DNA of 64,000 bases from NCBI RefSeq assembly GCF_009914755.1, contig NC_060928.1. One strand, written 5' to 3'. Below, piece after piece: positions 1 to 19,299 of the stretch (the first letter of the stretch is position 1; each line of letters opens with the position of its first letter). Under the pieces are notes generated by a model. The model had not been told where the DNA came from. It did no database searches and was given only the letters and a program-made list of their open reading frames with translations. This DNA comes from the human T2T-CHM13v2.0 reference genome, Homo sapiens. The translations under genes and the position numbers were made by a program.

Positions 1-3162
<3,162 letters not shown>

Positions 3163-3489
3163 TACAACAGTTCTGGTCATGAAATTTTAAGCACAACAGA
3201 GCATATCACATCTATTAATTATGTATTGACTTGCTTCAATATTGCTATGAAAACTTTGAAAGTTAAGAATAGAGTACTATGTAATTATTTTAATATTTTT
3301 GCATGCCCATTGCAAATACTACCCAGTGCACAGAACAGCCCCTCACAACAATTATTAGATCCAAAATGCTCATAGTGCTGAGATTGAGAAACTCTGATTT
3401 AGATCGCTGATATGTGAAATAAAATCTATTAGCCTCTGGGAATTATTTTCTTTCTGCCATTAAAAGATGTAGAGGATGACATTGCTTCT

Positions 3490-3768
3490 TTAATTTAATT
3501 TAATTAATTAATTAATTTATTTTTTGAGACGAAGTTTTGCTCTGTCACCCAGTCTGGAGAACAGTGGCATGATGTTGCCTCACTGCAACCTCTGCCTCCT
3601 GGGTTCAAGCGATTCTGTTGCTTCAGCCCAGATAACTTTTGTATTTTTAGTAGAGATGGGGTTTCATCATGTTGGCCAGGCTGGTTTGAAACTCCTGAAC
3701 TCAAGTGATTCACCTGCCTTGGCCTCCCCAAGTGCTGGGATTACAGGTATGAGCCACTGTGCCCAGTT
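3490..3768 (-). mobile_element. Alu with ~40-bp internal deletion near 3628
   Basis: Antisense Alu with (taat)n tail; jumps from 'cttcagcc' directly to 'cagataacttttgta'; approximate TSD gacattgctt / gagattgctt. Confidence 0.93.
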
Positions 3769-3900
3769 CTGAGATTGCTTTTTTTAAGTTTTTTTAATTT
3801 TTAATTTTGGGACTGCTTCTTGTACTGCTGGATGTTGTCTTGTCTAAATGTGATACCTGGAACTCTGGTAGCCGTCTTGTGACTCTGAGGGGAACCTAGG

Positions 3901-4434
3901 TGTATTAGTTATGGTTCTCCAGAGAAACCATTAACAGGCTATACCTGTATCTATCATCTATATCTACAAAGAGATTTATTTTATTATAAGGTATTGGCTC
4001 ATGTGATTATAAAGGCTGAGAAGTCTCACAATCTTTCCTCTGAAACCCAGAAAGACTGATGGTGTAGTTTGAAGGCTTGAGACCTGGAGAGCTGATGGTG
4101 TAGATTTCCCTTCTGAGTCTGAAATCCTGAGAACCAAGAGCATCAAGGGCAGAAGATCAATATTCCAGCTCAGTAGTCAGTCAGAGAGAGAAAGAGAAAG
4201 AGATAAACAAATTCCATTACTTCATATTTTTGTTCTATCCAAACCCTCAGTGGATTGGGTCATGCCCACTCACATTGGGGAAGATGAATTTCTTTGCTCA
4301 TTCTCCTAATTCAAATGCTAATTTCCTCCTGATACATCCTTATAGACACACTTAGAAGTAACATAAGTAATGTTTAACCAGATGCCTAGGCATCCCTGAT
4401 TCAGAGAGGTTGATAAATACAACTAATTGTCACA
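3901..4434 (-). mobile_element. MLT2-family LTR (3' LTR of ERVL provirus)
   Basis: Starts TGTATTAGTTATGGTTCTCCAGAGAAAC, ends ...TGTCACA; abuts ERVL internal sequence. Confidence 0.85.
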
Positions 4435-4571
4435 CATCCACCCTTTTTCAACTTGGCACCCATATGCATCTCCTTAAATTATATTTAATCTCCAGACAGA
4501 GACAATAGCAAGACCATAGTTCTGCCATGATATAATTACACTGCATACAACCAAAAATACACTCCCTCTTC

Positions 4572-4934
4572 TGTCTTAGTCTGCTCTGAATGCTATAACA
4601 AAATACCTTAGACTGGGTAATTTATAAACAATAGAAATTTATTGCTCATAGTTCTGGAAATGGGGTGTCCAAGATCAAGGCACCAGCATATTCAATGTCT
4701 GGTGAGGGTTTGCTTTCTGCTTCGAAGATGGCACCTACTTGCTGGGCCCTCACATGGTGGGAGAGGGCGAGGGAATTCATTTGAGCTTCTTTTATAAGGG
4801 CACTAAGCCCTTCATGAAAATGGATCCCCATAACTTAATCACTTCCCAAAGGCCTCACCTCTTAATACTATTACATTTAGCATTATGTTCCAACACACAA
4901 ATTTTGGGGGGACACCAACATTCTGATGATAGCA
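4572..4934 (-). mobile_element. MaLR solo LTR (MST/MLT1A-like) nested in ERVL
   Basis: TGTCTTAGTC...GCTATAACAAAATACCTTAGACTGGGTAATTTATAAAC...ATAGCA, typical MaLR LTR termini. Confidence 0.85.
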
Positions 4935-7326
4935 CCTTTCCTAAAAGAAGAGGTAAATCTTGGAGTGTTGTTTACTCTTTTTATGAATATTCTGTAATTT
5001 AATAATTTTGTTGTAAAATAAAATTTATGTTGTACTCACATAAAATCAGTACATCTTGTTATATGATAGGGGAATAAGAGAGAGAAGAAAACGATATTTT
5101 CAGATACACACAGAAACACATATGTTCATAACAAAGTACTCATGACAATTACAGTCTTCATTTTTATAACTGTTTACATGAGTTTTATAACTAGTTACTT
5201 GATTTTTATAACTTGTCACAGGATTGTAGCTGATATAACTGGTACATGTAACTACCTTCTTCCATTACCCATTTTGTATGGTTTTGGTTCTATATCTGGT
5301 AGATTGACCCAAACCTTTTTTTCTGAAAGGTCTGTCATTAGTAGTCCTGTCTGAATTGAGTTGTGATAGTTTTCCATTGATCTAAATCACAAGGCATGCT
5401 AATACCAAAAGGCATCCTAAAAGATCTACTGCATTCAAGACATTGTTTTTCTTCTATTGTGGAGTAGTAGTTCAATTTTCCCCTGGTCATTAGCATCAAT
5501 CACCAACATAGTAACTTTATTCTTTTCTTATTGATTCAGAGGCATGAGGAATTCAAAGTGGGCAGGTGGCAGCCTTAACTTCCAGTTCAATGGAATCATT
5601 GCTGTGTCTCCTGGTAGAAGCATCTTCTCTTTGAGACTAGGACATCCAGGCCAGCAGAATATCAGGTTGCATGAATAGGAAGCAAATATTTTGTTAGTGG
5701 GTCACTATGGTAATAGCAGCACCACTCCTTTTTCACTTCTTGATTTCTGAACCTGTAAATCCTGGCTATGATGGAAACAGCATCATTTATCAGACGTTGA
5801 TTCAGAGCATATCCTCAGAATCTTGCCCCATCCTTGCAAGTTCTTGCCACCCAGCTGGTAGTTAACTGAGTCTTTGGAAGAATATCCCACCATTCTATCA
5901 AACCAGCTGTTTTAGGATGGTGGTGGAACATAGAAAGGCCAGTAAAATTCCATAAGCATGGGCCTCTTACTGAACTTTTTTTGTTGTGAAAGGAGATCCT
6001 TGATCAGAAGCAATGCTGTGTGGAATATCATAATGCTGGATAAGACATTCTATAAGTCAACAAATGATAGTTTTGGCAGAAGTATTGCATGCAGTGAAGG
6101 TAAATCCATATCTAGGGTAAATGTTGGTTTTAGTAAGAACAAAACACTGCTCTTCCATGGTGGAAGTGGTCCAATGTAATCAACCTGCCACCAGGTAGCT
6201 GGCTGATCACCCTGGGGAATGATGCCATATCAGGGAATCATATGTGTTTTTTACTGCTGGCAGACTGATCACTCAGTGGTGGCTGTAGCCAGGTTGGCCT
6301 TGGTAAGTGGAAGTCCATGTTGCTGAGTCCATACCTAACCTTCATTTCTGCTACCATGGCCACTTTGTTCATGAGCCCACTGGATGATGACAGATGTGGC
6401 TGGGGAAAGAGATAGATTGCTAGCCACAAAAACAATCATCCTATTCACTTGATTATTAAAATACTCCTCTGCTGAGGTCACCCTTTGGTGAGCATTCACA
6501 TGAGGCACAAGTATCATCATGTTTTTTGCCCATTCAGAGAGATCTATCCATATACTTCCTCCACAAATTTCCTTGTCACCAATTTTCCAATCACATTCCT
6601 TCCTAGTTCCTGACCACCCTATGCCCCAGCTCAGGAATTGATATACAATCACAAATTAAGTCATTTCTTCTTTTAAGAAAAATGAACAACCAGGTGCACT
6701 CCCCTATGTTCTGCTCACCAAGAGACATTTTCTTCACCAGGAAATTGCCCTTCAGTGATGTCCCAGAAAGTGGTTGTAGTGCTGCTGCTGTCTTTTTGGT
6801 GGTGCTTGTACATCATGCAAAACCATCTGTAAACCAGGCCTGAGTCTCTTCCTCTGCCAACTGATTAGAGAAAACAACTCATGAGACTGTAGGTACAGAC
6901 TCAGAGGGAGACAGCAGTGTAGCAAGGGTGGGGACCATGGGCATTTGGGCCAATTCTTCATGTTACTTGTTCCTTCTGGATGTCCTTAGTTCTGATCACA
7001 TACGTATCACTTCTACTTGATGTAGAGATCTGCTGTACGTGCTCAACTTTATGGCATGGTAAGACAGATGACATTCAGTAAATGATGAGCAGCTCAGGTT
7101 CCATGGTTACTTGGTGGCCCATTGTCAAGCATTCAGCCTCTACTAATGCCCAGTAGCAAGCCAGGAGCCGTTTCTCAAAAGGAGAGTATTATCTGTGGTA
7201 GATGGCAGACCTTTGCCCTGAAATTCCAAAGGACTACCCTGCAATTTTCCAATAGGGTCTACCAGAGACTCCAAGTAGCATCCTATCTGCCATTTCTACC
7301 TTTCAACTACTATTGTATCTGCTTGA

Positions 7327-8908
<1,582 letters not shown>

Positions 8909-9805
8909 AAAACTACCAGCTTTTTAAGTCACTAGGTAAGGGGGCTGGAGTAACACACCCAAATGAAGAATACATTGCTTCCAAAATTGAAAGGGGCCCA
9001 CTAGGCACTGTGCCTTTTTCTTACCGTAGGAGGGGCCAGATGCATCAACTTGTTTTTCACATTAGAAGAAATATCCCAACATTTCCCATACCACTGATCC
9101 CTAGAAATTTCACTGGAGTAGAAGGCCCATGAATTTTAGTCAGATTTATTTTATATCCTTTGACATGAAAATATCTTACCTTTACGTCTAGAGTAGTTGG
9201 TACTTCTTAATTACTGTGTCCAATCAACATATCATCAATGTATTGGACCAGTGTGCTTTCTTGTGGAAGGGAACAATGATCAAGATCCCCGTGAACTAAA
9301 TTAAGACATAGGGCTGGAGGGTTGATATGTACCTGAACTACAACTGTGACATTGTTTTGCTGACTTTGCCAGCTGAAAGCAAACTGTTTCTGGTGGGCCT
9401 TATGGACAAATATGGAGAAAAAGTATACTTTTCCATAGCTACACACTAGGTACTAGGAATGTGTTAATTTTCTCAAGTAATGAAACCACATTTGGTACAG
9501 AAGCTGCAATTAAAATTACCATCTGGTAGATCTTACAATAATCTATGGTCATTCTGTAAGATTCATTTGTCTTCTGCATAGGCCAAATGGGAGAGTTAAA
9601 TGGGAACGTGATGGGAACCACTACCCTGCCTCTTTCAAGTCCTTTATGGTTGCGCTAATCTCTACAATCTCTATAGGAATACAATGTTGTTTTTGGCTTA
9701 CTATTTTCCTAGGTGGAGGCAGTTCTAGTGGCTTCCATTTTTTCTCCCATAATAGCCTTCATTCCACAGATTAGGAATCAATGTGGGGATTCTGCCAGTT
9801 GCTGA

Positions 9806-10107
<302 letters not shown>

Positions 10108-10979
10108 AATTCTAATTATGCTTTCTCAGAACTAAAGAAATAACCACAGGGTGTATTTGAGGACCTTCTGTGAGATGGACCTGAGCTCAAACTCCATTGA
10201 TCATCTGACTCAATAAACTTCTACTGTGACTAGTAGGCCACAGTGATGTTTTGGGTCTCCAGGAATTAATGTCAGTTTAGAGCCAGTGCCCAGGAGCCCC
10301 TAAAAGTTCTGATTATTCCCCTTTCCTCAATGAACAGTTACCCTGATAACTGTATGTCCCTTTGGGGAAGGGTGGGAGAAAGATTAGCTGTACAAATTTT
10401 TGGCAATGTACCAGGGCTCTTCCTCAAGGGGAATTGGCTACCCTTTCACCCGAGGTGTTCTGAGTCTGTAAACTGGCTAAAGTAGAAAAACAGATTAAGG
10501 AACATGTGTCTCTGTTTTTCTGATTCAGATTAGACTTTTGTTTACTTGACCTAGAACTTTTCTGCTTATACACATCAAATATATATTTCGTGGTTTCTTA
10601 TTCATTTCACTTCCACGAATGTCATGATCAACTAGCTAATTACACAGGCCTGTACGAGTCAGACCATTCTGCTTGCTGCTTTCACTTTGTTATCCATCAC
10701 AGTAACAATGCCCGCCATGCTTTTGATAGCTGAGTGCTGTCACTTGGCTCCTGCCACTCTAGGATCTAATTACTCTCATTGTATTTATGTTTCTCAGTGT
10801 AGCATGTGCAGTTTCCACTGCAAGTTCCGGCTTACTGAGAAGAGCAATCTTGAGCCCTGTAGCCCAATGTTGAAGCTTTCCTCACAGATTAATTTCTCAC
10901 AGTAATGGTGTAAGGTATGTCTTCTGGATCCTCCCAGCACGGGTGGGTAGGTCTTCAGTAACAAATCCACTCTAACATT

Positions 10980-11281
10980 CTTTTTTTTTTTTTTTTTTTT
11001 GAGATGGAGTCTTGCTGTATCACCTAGGCTGGAGTGCGGTGGTGTGATCTCAGCTCACTGCAAGCTCTGCCTCCCAGGTTCACGCCATTCTCCTGCCTCA
11101 GCCTCCTGAGTAGCTGGGACTACAGGCACCCACCACCATGCCCAGCTAATTTTTTGTATTTTTAGTACAGATGGTGTTTCACTGTGTTAGCCAGGATGGT
11201 CTCGATCTCCTGACATTGTGATCCGACTGCCTTGGCCTCCCAAAGTGCTGGGATTACAGGCGTGAGCCACCGCGCCTGGCC
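10980..11281 (-). mobile_element. AluY-like element in ERVL gag region
   Basis: Diagnostic gcaagctc / ttcacgccattctc; TSD aatccactctaacattc on both sides. Confidence 0.96.
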
Positions 11282-12327
11282 AATCCACTCTAACATTCTA
11301 ATCTCCTTAATCTCCTTAAGTGTTTGTATTTATTCCTCTACATTCAACAAAGGTAGGTTGGGCATTTCCAGTTTCCTTACTGTGGGCTACGTTTTGGTCT
11401 ATTTCAGCCCACCAACAAATGTACTGCTAGAGTTCATTCTAGCTCCCTGAGCTCAAGATTACATGCAAAATCTCTGCTTAGTGAGCTGATATCAGTAGAT
11501 TTAGCTTGATCCATATTTATGTTGCTTCTATGGTTACTTCACACCTTTACAATCCATTCCCTGACATATTTCCTAGATTGTAATATGTATAAATTAGAAA
11601 ACTCGGGTAGTTCTTTTGGAGTGTAATGTACCTTCTCATGGGTCACATTTTGTACCTTACATTAGGGGCCTGCTGGAACTTGAGTCTATTTATAGGTCTA
11701 GAAACAAATAGGTGGGTCTTTGGTGGAGGTGGATCCCTAGGAGAATCAGCATTGTCTTGCAGGGCAACTGCATCAAGGGAGGCCATTACAGTTTTCTCAG
11801 GCAACGCAAGGTTAATACTCAGCTAGGCATAGAAAGGCTGATAATAAAAGATGTGGGAAGGTTGCTACTGCTGGGAGTGAGGAGATCTCTTTCACTTTCA
11901 AAGAAGACTCATCAGAATTTAGAAGCTTATTGTCTCTAGCATCATTAGGGTCTTCCCACATGTCCCCATCCCAACTTACAATATCTCATTCTTTCCAATC
12001 AAAGTTCATTTTAACAGTAGACACTCTGTGAGGCTGATAGTTCAACTTGAATTGTAATTTAGCCGATCATAGGAGAGGACCCGTGTTTGATTTCCAGCAA
12101 GCTCAGCCCTGTAGCCGCAGGAGATAAGGATTTTGTTCAGAACAAACATAGGAGATTTCTGATCATTTTAAAAGCACTTCATCGAGGAATTTGAATCCCT
12201 GAGTGCATCCTCTTTTTTTTCTTTTTTTCTTTTTTTTTTTTTGTCCAGCAACATTAGGAGCAACCAGCTAGTCTTATTCTATTAGTTAGTTTTAAAAAAT
12301 GTTCTGAAGTAGTCACCCAGCTTCCTT

Positions 12328-12548
12328 CCTTTTTTCTTCCTTTCTTTCTTTCTTTGAGCTAGGATCTTGCTTTGTTGCCCAGGCTGGAGTGCAGTGGCAT
12401 GATCATCCCCTGGCTAATTTTAATTTTTTTATAGATACAAGGTCTTACTATGTTGCCTAGGCTGATCCTGAACTCCTGGGCTCAAGTGATCCTCCTGCCT
12501 CAGCCTTCTAAGTACTGGGATTATAGGTATGAGCCACCACACCTGGCC
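12328..12548 (-). mobile_element. AluJ-like element with internal deletion
   Basis: Right-arm end fused to left arm at ~12407; J-type ctcctgggctcaagtgatcctcc. Confidence 0.88.
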
Positions 12549-12755
12549 AGCTCTTCGCTTCTTATAAATGGTAGTATCCAATTCAGATATTTTATATATC
12601 TCTATTGCCATGTTATGCCATGGTTGATCATTGCTCTCTTTATTACTGGACTTTAATTGGATTAGAAAGCCAGTTCCAGAAATTTTAGAAAACCAATTCA
12701 GAATATTCATGCTTAAAATTCTGTTCCCCTCCAGAACAACTCCTGGCACCAAACC

Positions 12756-12812
12756 TTTATTAGTTAGGGTTTTATAGAGAAATAAAAGCAATAGAATATC
12801 TATAGTCTATAT
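12756..12812 (-). mobile_element. Truncated remnant of ERVL 5' LTR (MLT2)
   Basis: tttattagttagggttttatagaga resembles the start of the LTR at 3901 and directly follows the ERVL internal 5' end. Confidence 0.65.
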
Positions 12813-12955
12813 TCTAGTTAGAGTAGAAATAGCTAAATACAATTTGACCTGATAACTCAATAGACTTAAAAGGCTGGTTGTGCTCACAACTTCTTTTAAA
12901 ACGAGGTGTTTTGCACTGCACGTATTGTAATATTTATTACCACTGAATAATTTTC

Positions 12956-14778
<1,823 letters not shown>

Positions 14779-15092
14779 TACCACTGAATAATTTTCAATG
14801 CTGGCCTTACAGAGGCTATTTTTTCCTAGGTATTATATTTGTAATTAAGAGATATTCAGCAATAGGCAAACTCAGTAATTATGCAATATTCAGTAAAAGT
14901 AAAATTTAATAAATAAAAGTAATAAGTATATGATGGGAATTTGATTTTGGATGTAGAGGACTATTTTTTCACTTTTTTAAATAAAAATTTTAAGGAGGTT
15001 CCACTTTGGAGAGAATAGTGTAGATTTCATTTTCCTTATTTCTTCCTCTCAGTGAAACTACAAACTCTGGACATTAAATAAAGAACAAATAA

Positions 15093-15245
15093 GGCTGAGG
15101 TGGGAAGATCACTTGAGCCTGGAAGACAGAGGTTGCAGTGAACCAAGAATGCACCACTGCACTCCAGCTGGGCATCACAGTCAGATCCTGTTTCAAAAAA
15201 AACCCCAAAACCAAAAACCAAACAAAAGCAACAACAAAAAGCAAA
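15093..15245 (+). mobile_element. Alu right-monomer fragment (AluJ/FRAM-like)
   Basis: ggctgaggtgggaagatcacttgagcctgg...cactgcactccagc plus A-rich tail. Confidence 0.85.
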
Positions 15246-15329
15246 TAAGAAGACTCTGAAAGGTATGAAAGGAAGATAGACGAAGACAAACTGGCCAGGG
15301 AATCTGGAACACAGTGGTGATAAGAGCCA

Positions 15330-18300
15330 AAGATTAAAAACACATTCCGTAAAGGGGGAAAAAAAACATTCAAATGACAGCAGATTTCTCATCAGCAACC
15401 ATAGATGCTAGAAGAAAGTTTAGGCATTACAACATTTTAAAGTGCTTAAAGAAAAGAATTATTAACCCAGAATTTCATATTGGGTGAAAATATTATTCAT
15501 GAATGAAGAAAAAATTAAAATTCTGAGATGAACAAAAACTAAGAGAATTTGCCAACAGCTACCTACTCTAAAAAATGGCTAAAGGAAGTTGTCTAAACAG
15601 AAAGTAAATGATGAAAAAAGAAATCTTGGAACTTTAGAAATGAAGAAAAAACATAAAATAAAAATATGGGTAAATACAATAGACTTAATTTCTCCTCTTC
15701 AGTTTTCGAATTTATACTTTACAGTTGAAAAAAAAAACACTGTGTAATGCTGTCAATTTATGTAGAGGAAATATTTAAGACAATTATAAGTTGGGGAGGA
15801 TAAAGAAACATAGAGAGTGTAAAGTTTATACACTTCATTCAAACTGGTAAAATGTAAATACCAGTGGATACTAATGTAATACTTAGGGTAACCACTAAAA
15901 CTTTTATCAGAAGAAATACACTCAAAAACACTAGACATGAATCAAAGTGGAATTCTAAAATATGCTCAAGTAACATACAGGAAGATGAAAAAAAGAGATA
16001 TAAAAAGACCAGAAAAATCAACAGAAAACAGAATAAAATGGCAAACAAGCCTTGACATATCAATGATTACGTTAAAGTTTATATAATATTCCTCTCTGAC
16101 TTTCAGTTGGTGCATTTAGATCACTTACACTAATGCATTAATTAAAAGACAAAGATCAGTAGAATGGATAGAAAACATGACCAACTACATGAGTTTTCTA
16201 CAGAAAACTCACTTCAACTATATTTATACACATAAGTCAAAAGTAAAAGGATGAAAAATATATGCAAGCATTGAGGAAAATAAAGGAGGAGTGGCTATAT
16301 TAATATCAAATAAATTAGAGTTCAGAGCAAAGAAATTACAAGGAATGGAGAGTGACATTACACAATGACAAATGCATCGACCCACCAAACAATCTTAATG
16401 TGTGTGCACCACACAACAAAAGTGCACAATTATGTAAAGAAAAATGAATAAAACTGAAAGTAATAATAGGCAAATTCACAATTATTTTTAGACACTTCAA
16501 CAACCCTTTCTCAACAACTGATACAATAAGTAGACATAAAATCAGTAGAAGAGCTCAACAATATCATGAACCAACAGGATTTAGTTGACATTTACAGAAC
16601 ACTCCACCCAACAGCAGAAGACATTTTTTTTCAAGTACCCATAGCAAGAGACACAATATTCAGTCACTCAACAAATATCAACAAATTTAAAAATATTGAT
16701 ATCATACAGAGTGTATTCTCTGACTGCAATAGTATAAAACTTGAAATTGACAAAGGAAAATTAACAGGAAAACCCCCAAACACTTTGAAACTAAACAATA
16801 CATGCCTAAAAATTCCATGGGACTAAGAAGAAGTCTTGAAGGAAATAAAAACATGCACTGAACTGAACAAAAATGAAAATACAATATATAAAAATTTGTA
16901 GAATTTAGCTAAAGAAATTTCAAGAGGTAAATTTATAGCACTAAATGATTACACTAGAAAAACAGGAAAAAGTCTCAAATCAAAAATCTAAGCTTCTACT
17001 TCAGTATCCATAAAAGAGCAAAATAAACCCAAAGCAAGTAGAAAGAAGAAAGCAATAAAACAAGAACATGAATCAGTGAAATCAAAAACAGAGAAACAAT
17101 ATAAAAGATTAATGAAACAAAAAACTGTTTTTTGAAAATATTAATACAACTGACAAAGCTATAGCAAAGTAAAAAGAGAGAAGACACAAATAACAAATAT
17201 CAGAAATGAAATGGAAGATCTCTCTGTAGATCTTGAAGACATCAAATGCCTAATAAGGCAATAACTCAGACAACTCCATAAACATTAATTTGACAACTTA
17301 GATGGAATGGACCAATTTCATCTCAAAAAACATAAATCCAATTTGCACAATATGAAATAGATAATTTGATAGCCCTTTAACAAGGAAATCAAGTTTATAA
17401 TTAAACATTTCCCCTCAAAAAGAAAGCTCCAGGCCCAGACACTTTCACTGGATAATTCTATCAAATGTTTAAGAATTCACACTGATTCTATACAATCTGA
17501 TCCAGAAAACAGGAGAGAAGAGAATACTTCCTTACTAATTCTGTGGTGCAAGTATTATTCTGATACTAAAACCAAAAAGAGACAATGTAAAAAAGAAAAC
17601 TGAAGACCAGTATCTCTTATGAATATAGATAACAACTTCTTAACAAAATACTAACAAATAGAATTCACAAATAGAAAAAGCTGGCTCAATATTTGAAAAT
17701 AAATTAAATAACAAAATTAACAGACTAAAGAAAAAGACCATATGACTATATTGGTTTATTCAGGAAAAGCATTTGACAAAATTAAACACTCATTCATGAG
17801 AAAAACTCTCAGAAAACTAGGAATAGGGGGAAACTTCCAGAACATTAAACAACATCTTAAAAAATCCCCAGCTAATGTCATACTTAAAAAACTGAATGCT
17901 TTCCCCTAAGACTGGGGCTAGACAAAAATGTTGACTCAACATTGCTGTTCAACAGAGTGTGCGAAATTTTAACCAGTGAAATAAGCAAGAAAGGGAATAA
18001 AAAGCATCAGAAAAAAAGAAATAAAACTGTTTATAGATTATATGATGGTTTACAATGACTCCAAGGATTATGGGACAAAAGGCCAATCTCAAACTGTGAG
18101 AAAATATTTGCAAACCTGACACATTTGCTAAAGACAAATTTTAGAATATAAAGAACTCTAAAAGCTCACATTAAAAAGTAACTGAAGTAAGAAACGAGCA
18201 AAAGACATGAAAAGACATTCCACTGAAGATAATACAGTAGTCTTCCCTGGCCATGGTTTTGCTTTCCAAAACCAAAAATATTAAATGGAAAATTCCAGTA

Positions 18301-18620
18301 ATAAACAATTCATCATTTTTAAATTGCATGCTGTCCTGAGTTGCATGATGCAGCCTTGTGCTGTCCTGCTCCACCCTACTAAGGACATGAGTTATATCTT
18401 TGTCCAGTGTATCCCCATGCTGTATATACAACTTGCCTGTTAGTTGCTTAGTAGCCAACTTGGTTATCATATATAAAAAAAATAGTATATATAGGGTTTG
18501 ATACTATCAGTGGTTTCAGACATTCACTGGGCATATTGGAACATATGTACCCTAAGTAAATGAGGGGGAACTATTATACACAGATGATAAATAAGTGCAT
18601 GAAAAGATGGTAAGACAAAA
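15330..18620 (+). mobile_element. Old L1M element, ORF1 end to ORF2, decayed with deletions
   Basis: ORF 16566-16826 (DLVDIYRTLHPTAE...FSDCNSIKLEI) is EN C-terminus; A-rich L1 composition throughout. Confidence 0.85.
18235..18576 (+). mobile_element. MER44-like (TcMar-Tigger) non-autonomous DNA transposon
   Basis: TA-flanked; starts CAGTAGTC..., internal AAATATTAAATGGAAAATTCCAG, ends ...GGGGGAACTATTA. Confidence 0.8.
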
Positions 18621-19299
18621 GACAACAAGTGTTGCCAAGGATGTGGAGAAATTGGAATTTTTGCACACTTTTGGTGGGGATGCAAAATGGTATATATGCT
18701 ATAGAAAACAGTAGGAAGGTTTTTCAAAAAATTAAAAATATAACTACCGTATGATCCAGCAATCCCACTTCTGGGTATTTATTTGAAAGAATTGAAATCA
18801 TGATCCCAAAGAGTTATTAGAATTCCCATCTTCACTGCAGCACTATTAACAATAGCCAAGATATAGAAGCAACCTAAATGTCCATCAATAGATGAATGGA
18901 TAAAGAAAATGTGGAATGTATATAAAATGCTATTTAGTCTTAAAAAGAAGGAAATTTGCAGTATATGACTACATGAGTGAATTTTGAATGCACTTAGCTA
19001 AGTGAAATAAGCCAGTCACAGAAAGACAAGTACTGCATGATTCCACTTATATAAAGTATCTATAATAGAAAAATTCATAGAATCGAATATGCAATGGTGG
19101 TTACCTAGGCTGGACGGAGGGGGAATGGTCCATTACTTATCAATGGACATTGATTAGTAATGGACTAACCCATTACTTAAAGTTTTAAAGTTAAAGACTT
19201 AAAGTTTTAGTTAAGTAACATAAATAGGCTCTAAAGATCTAGTGTAGAACATTGTACTTATTTTTAATAATATATTATACATTTAAAGATTTAAGAGGC
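18621..19299 (+). mobile_element. L1MA-type 3' end (resumes briefly at 21678-21706 after THE1)
   Basis: ORF2 C-terminus and 3'UTR; ...ttaagaggc|taaatctcatgttagtg is split by the THE1 insertion. Confidence 0.85.
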
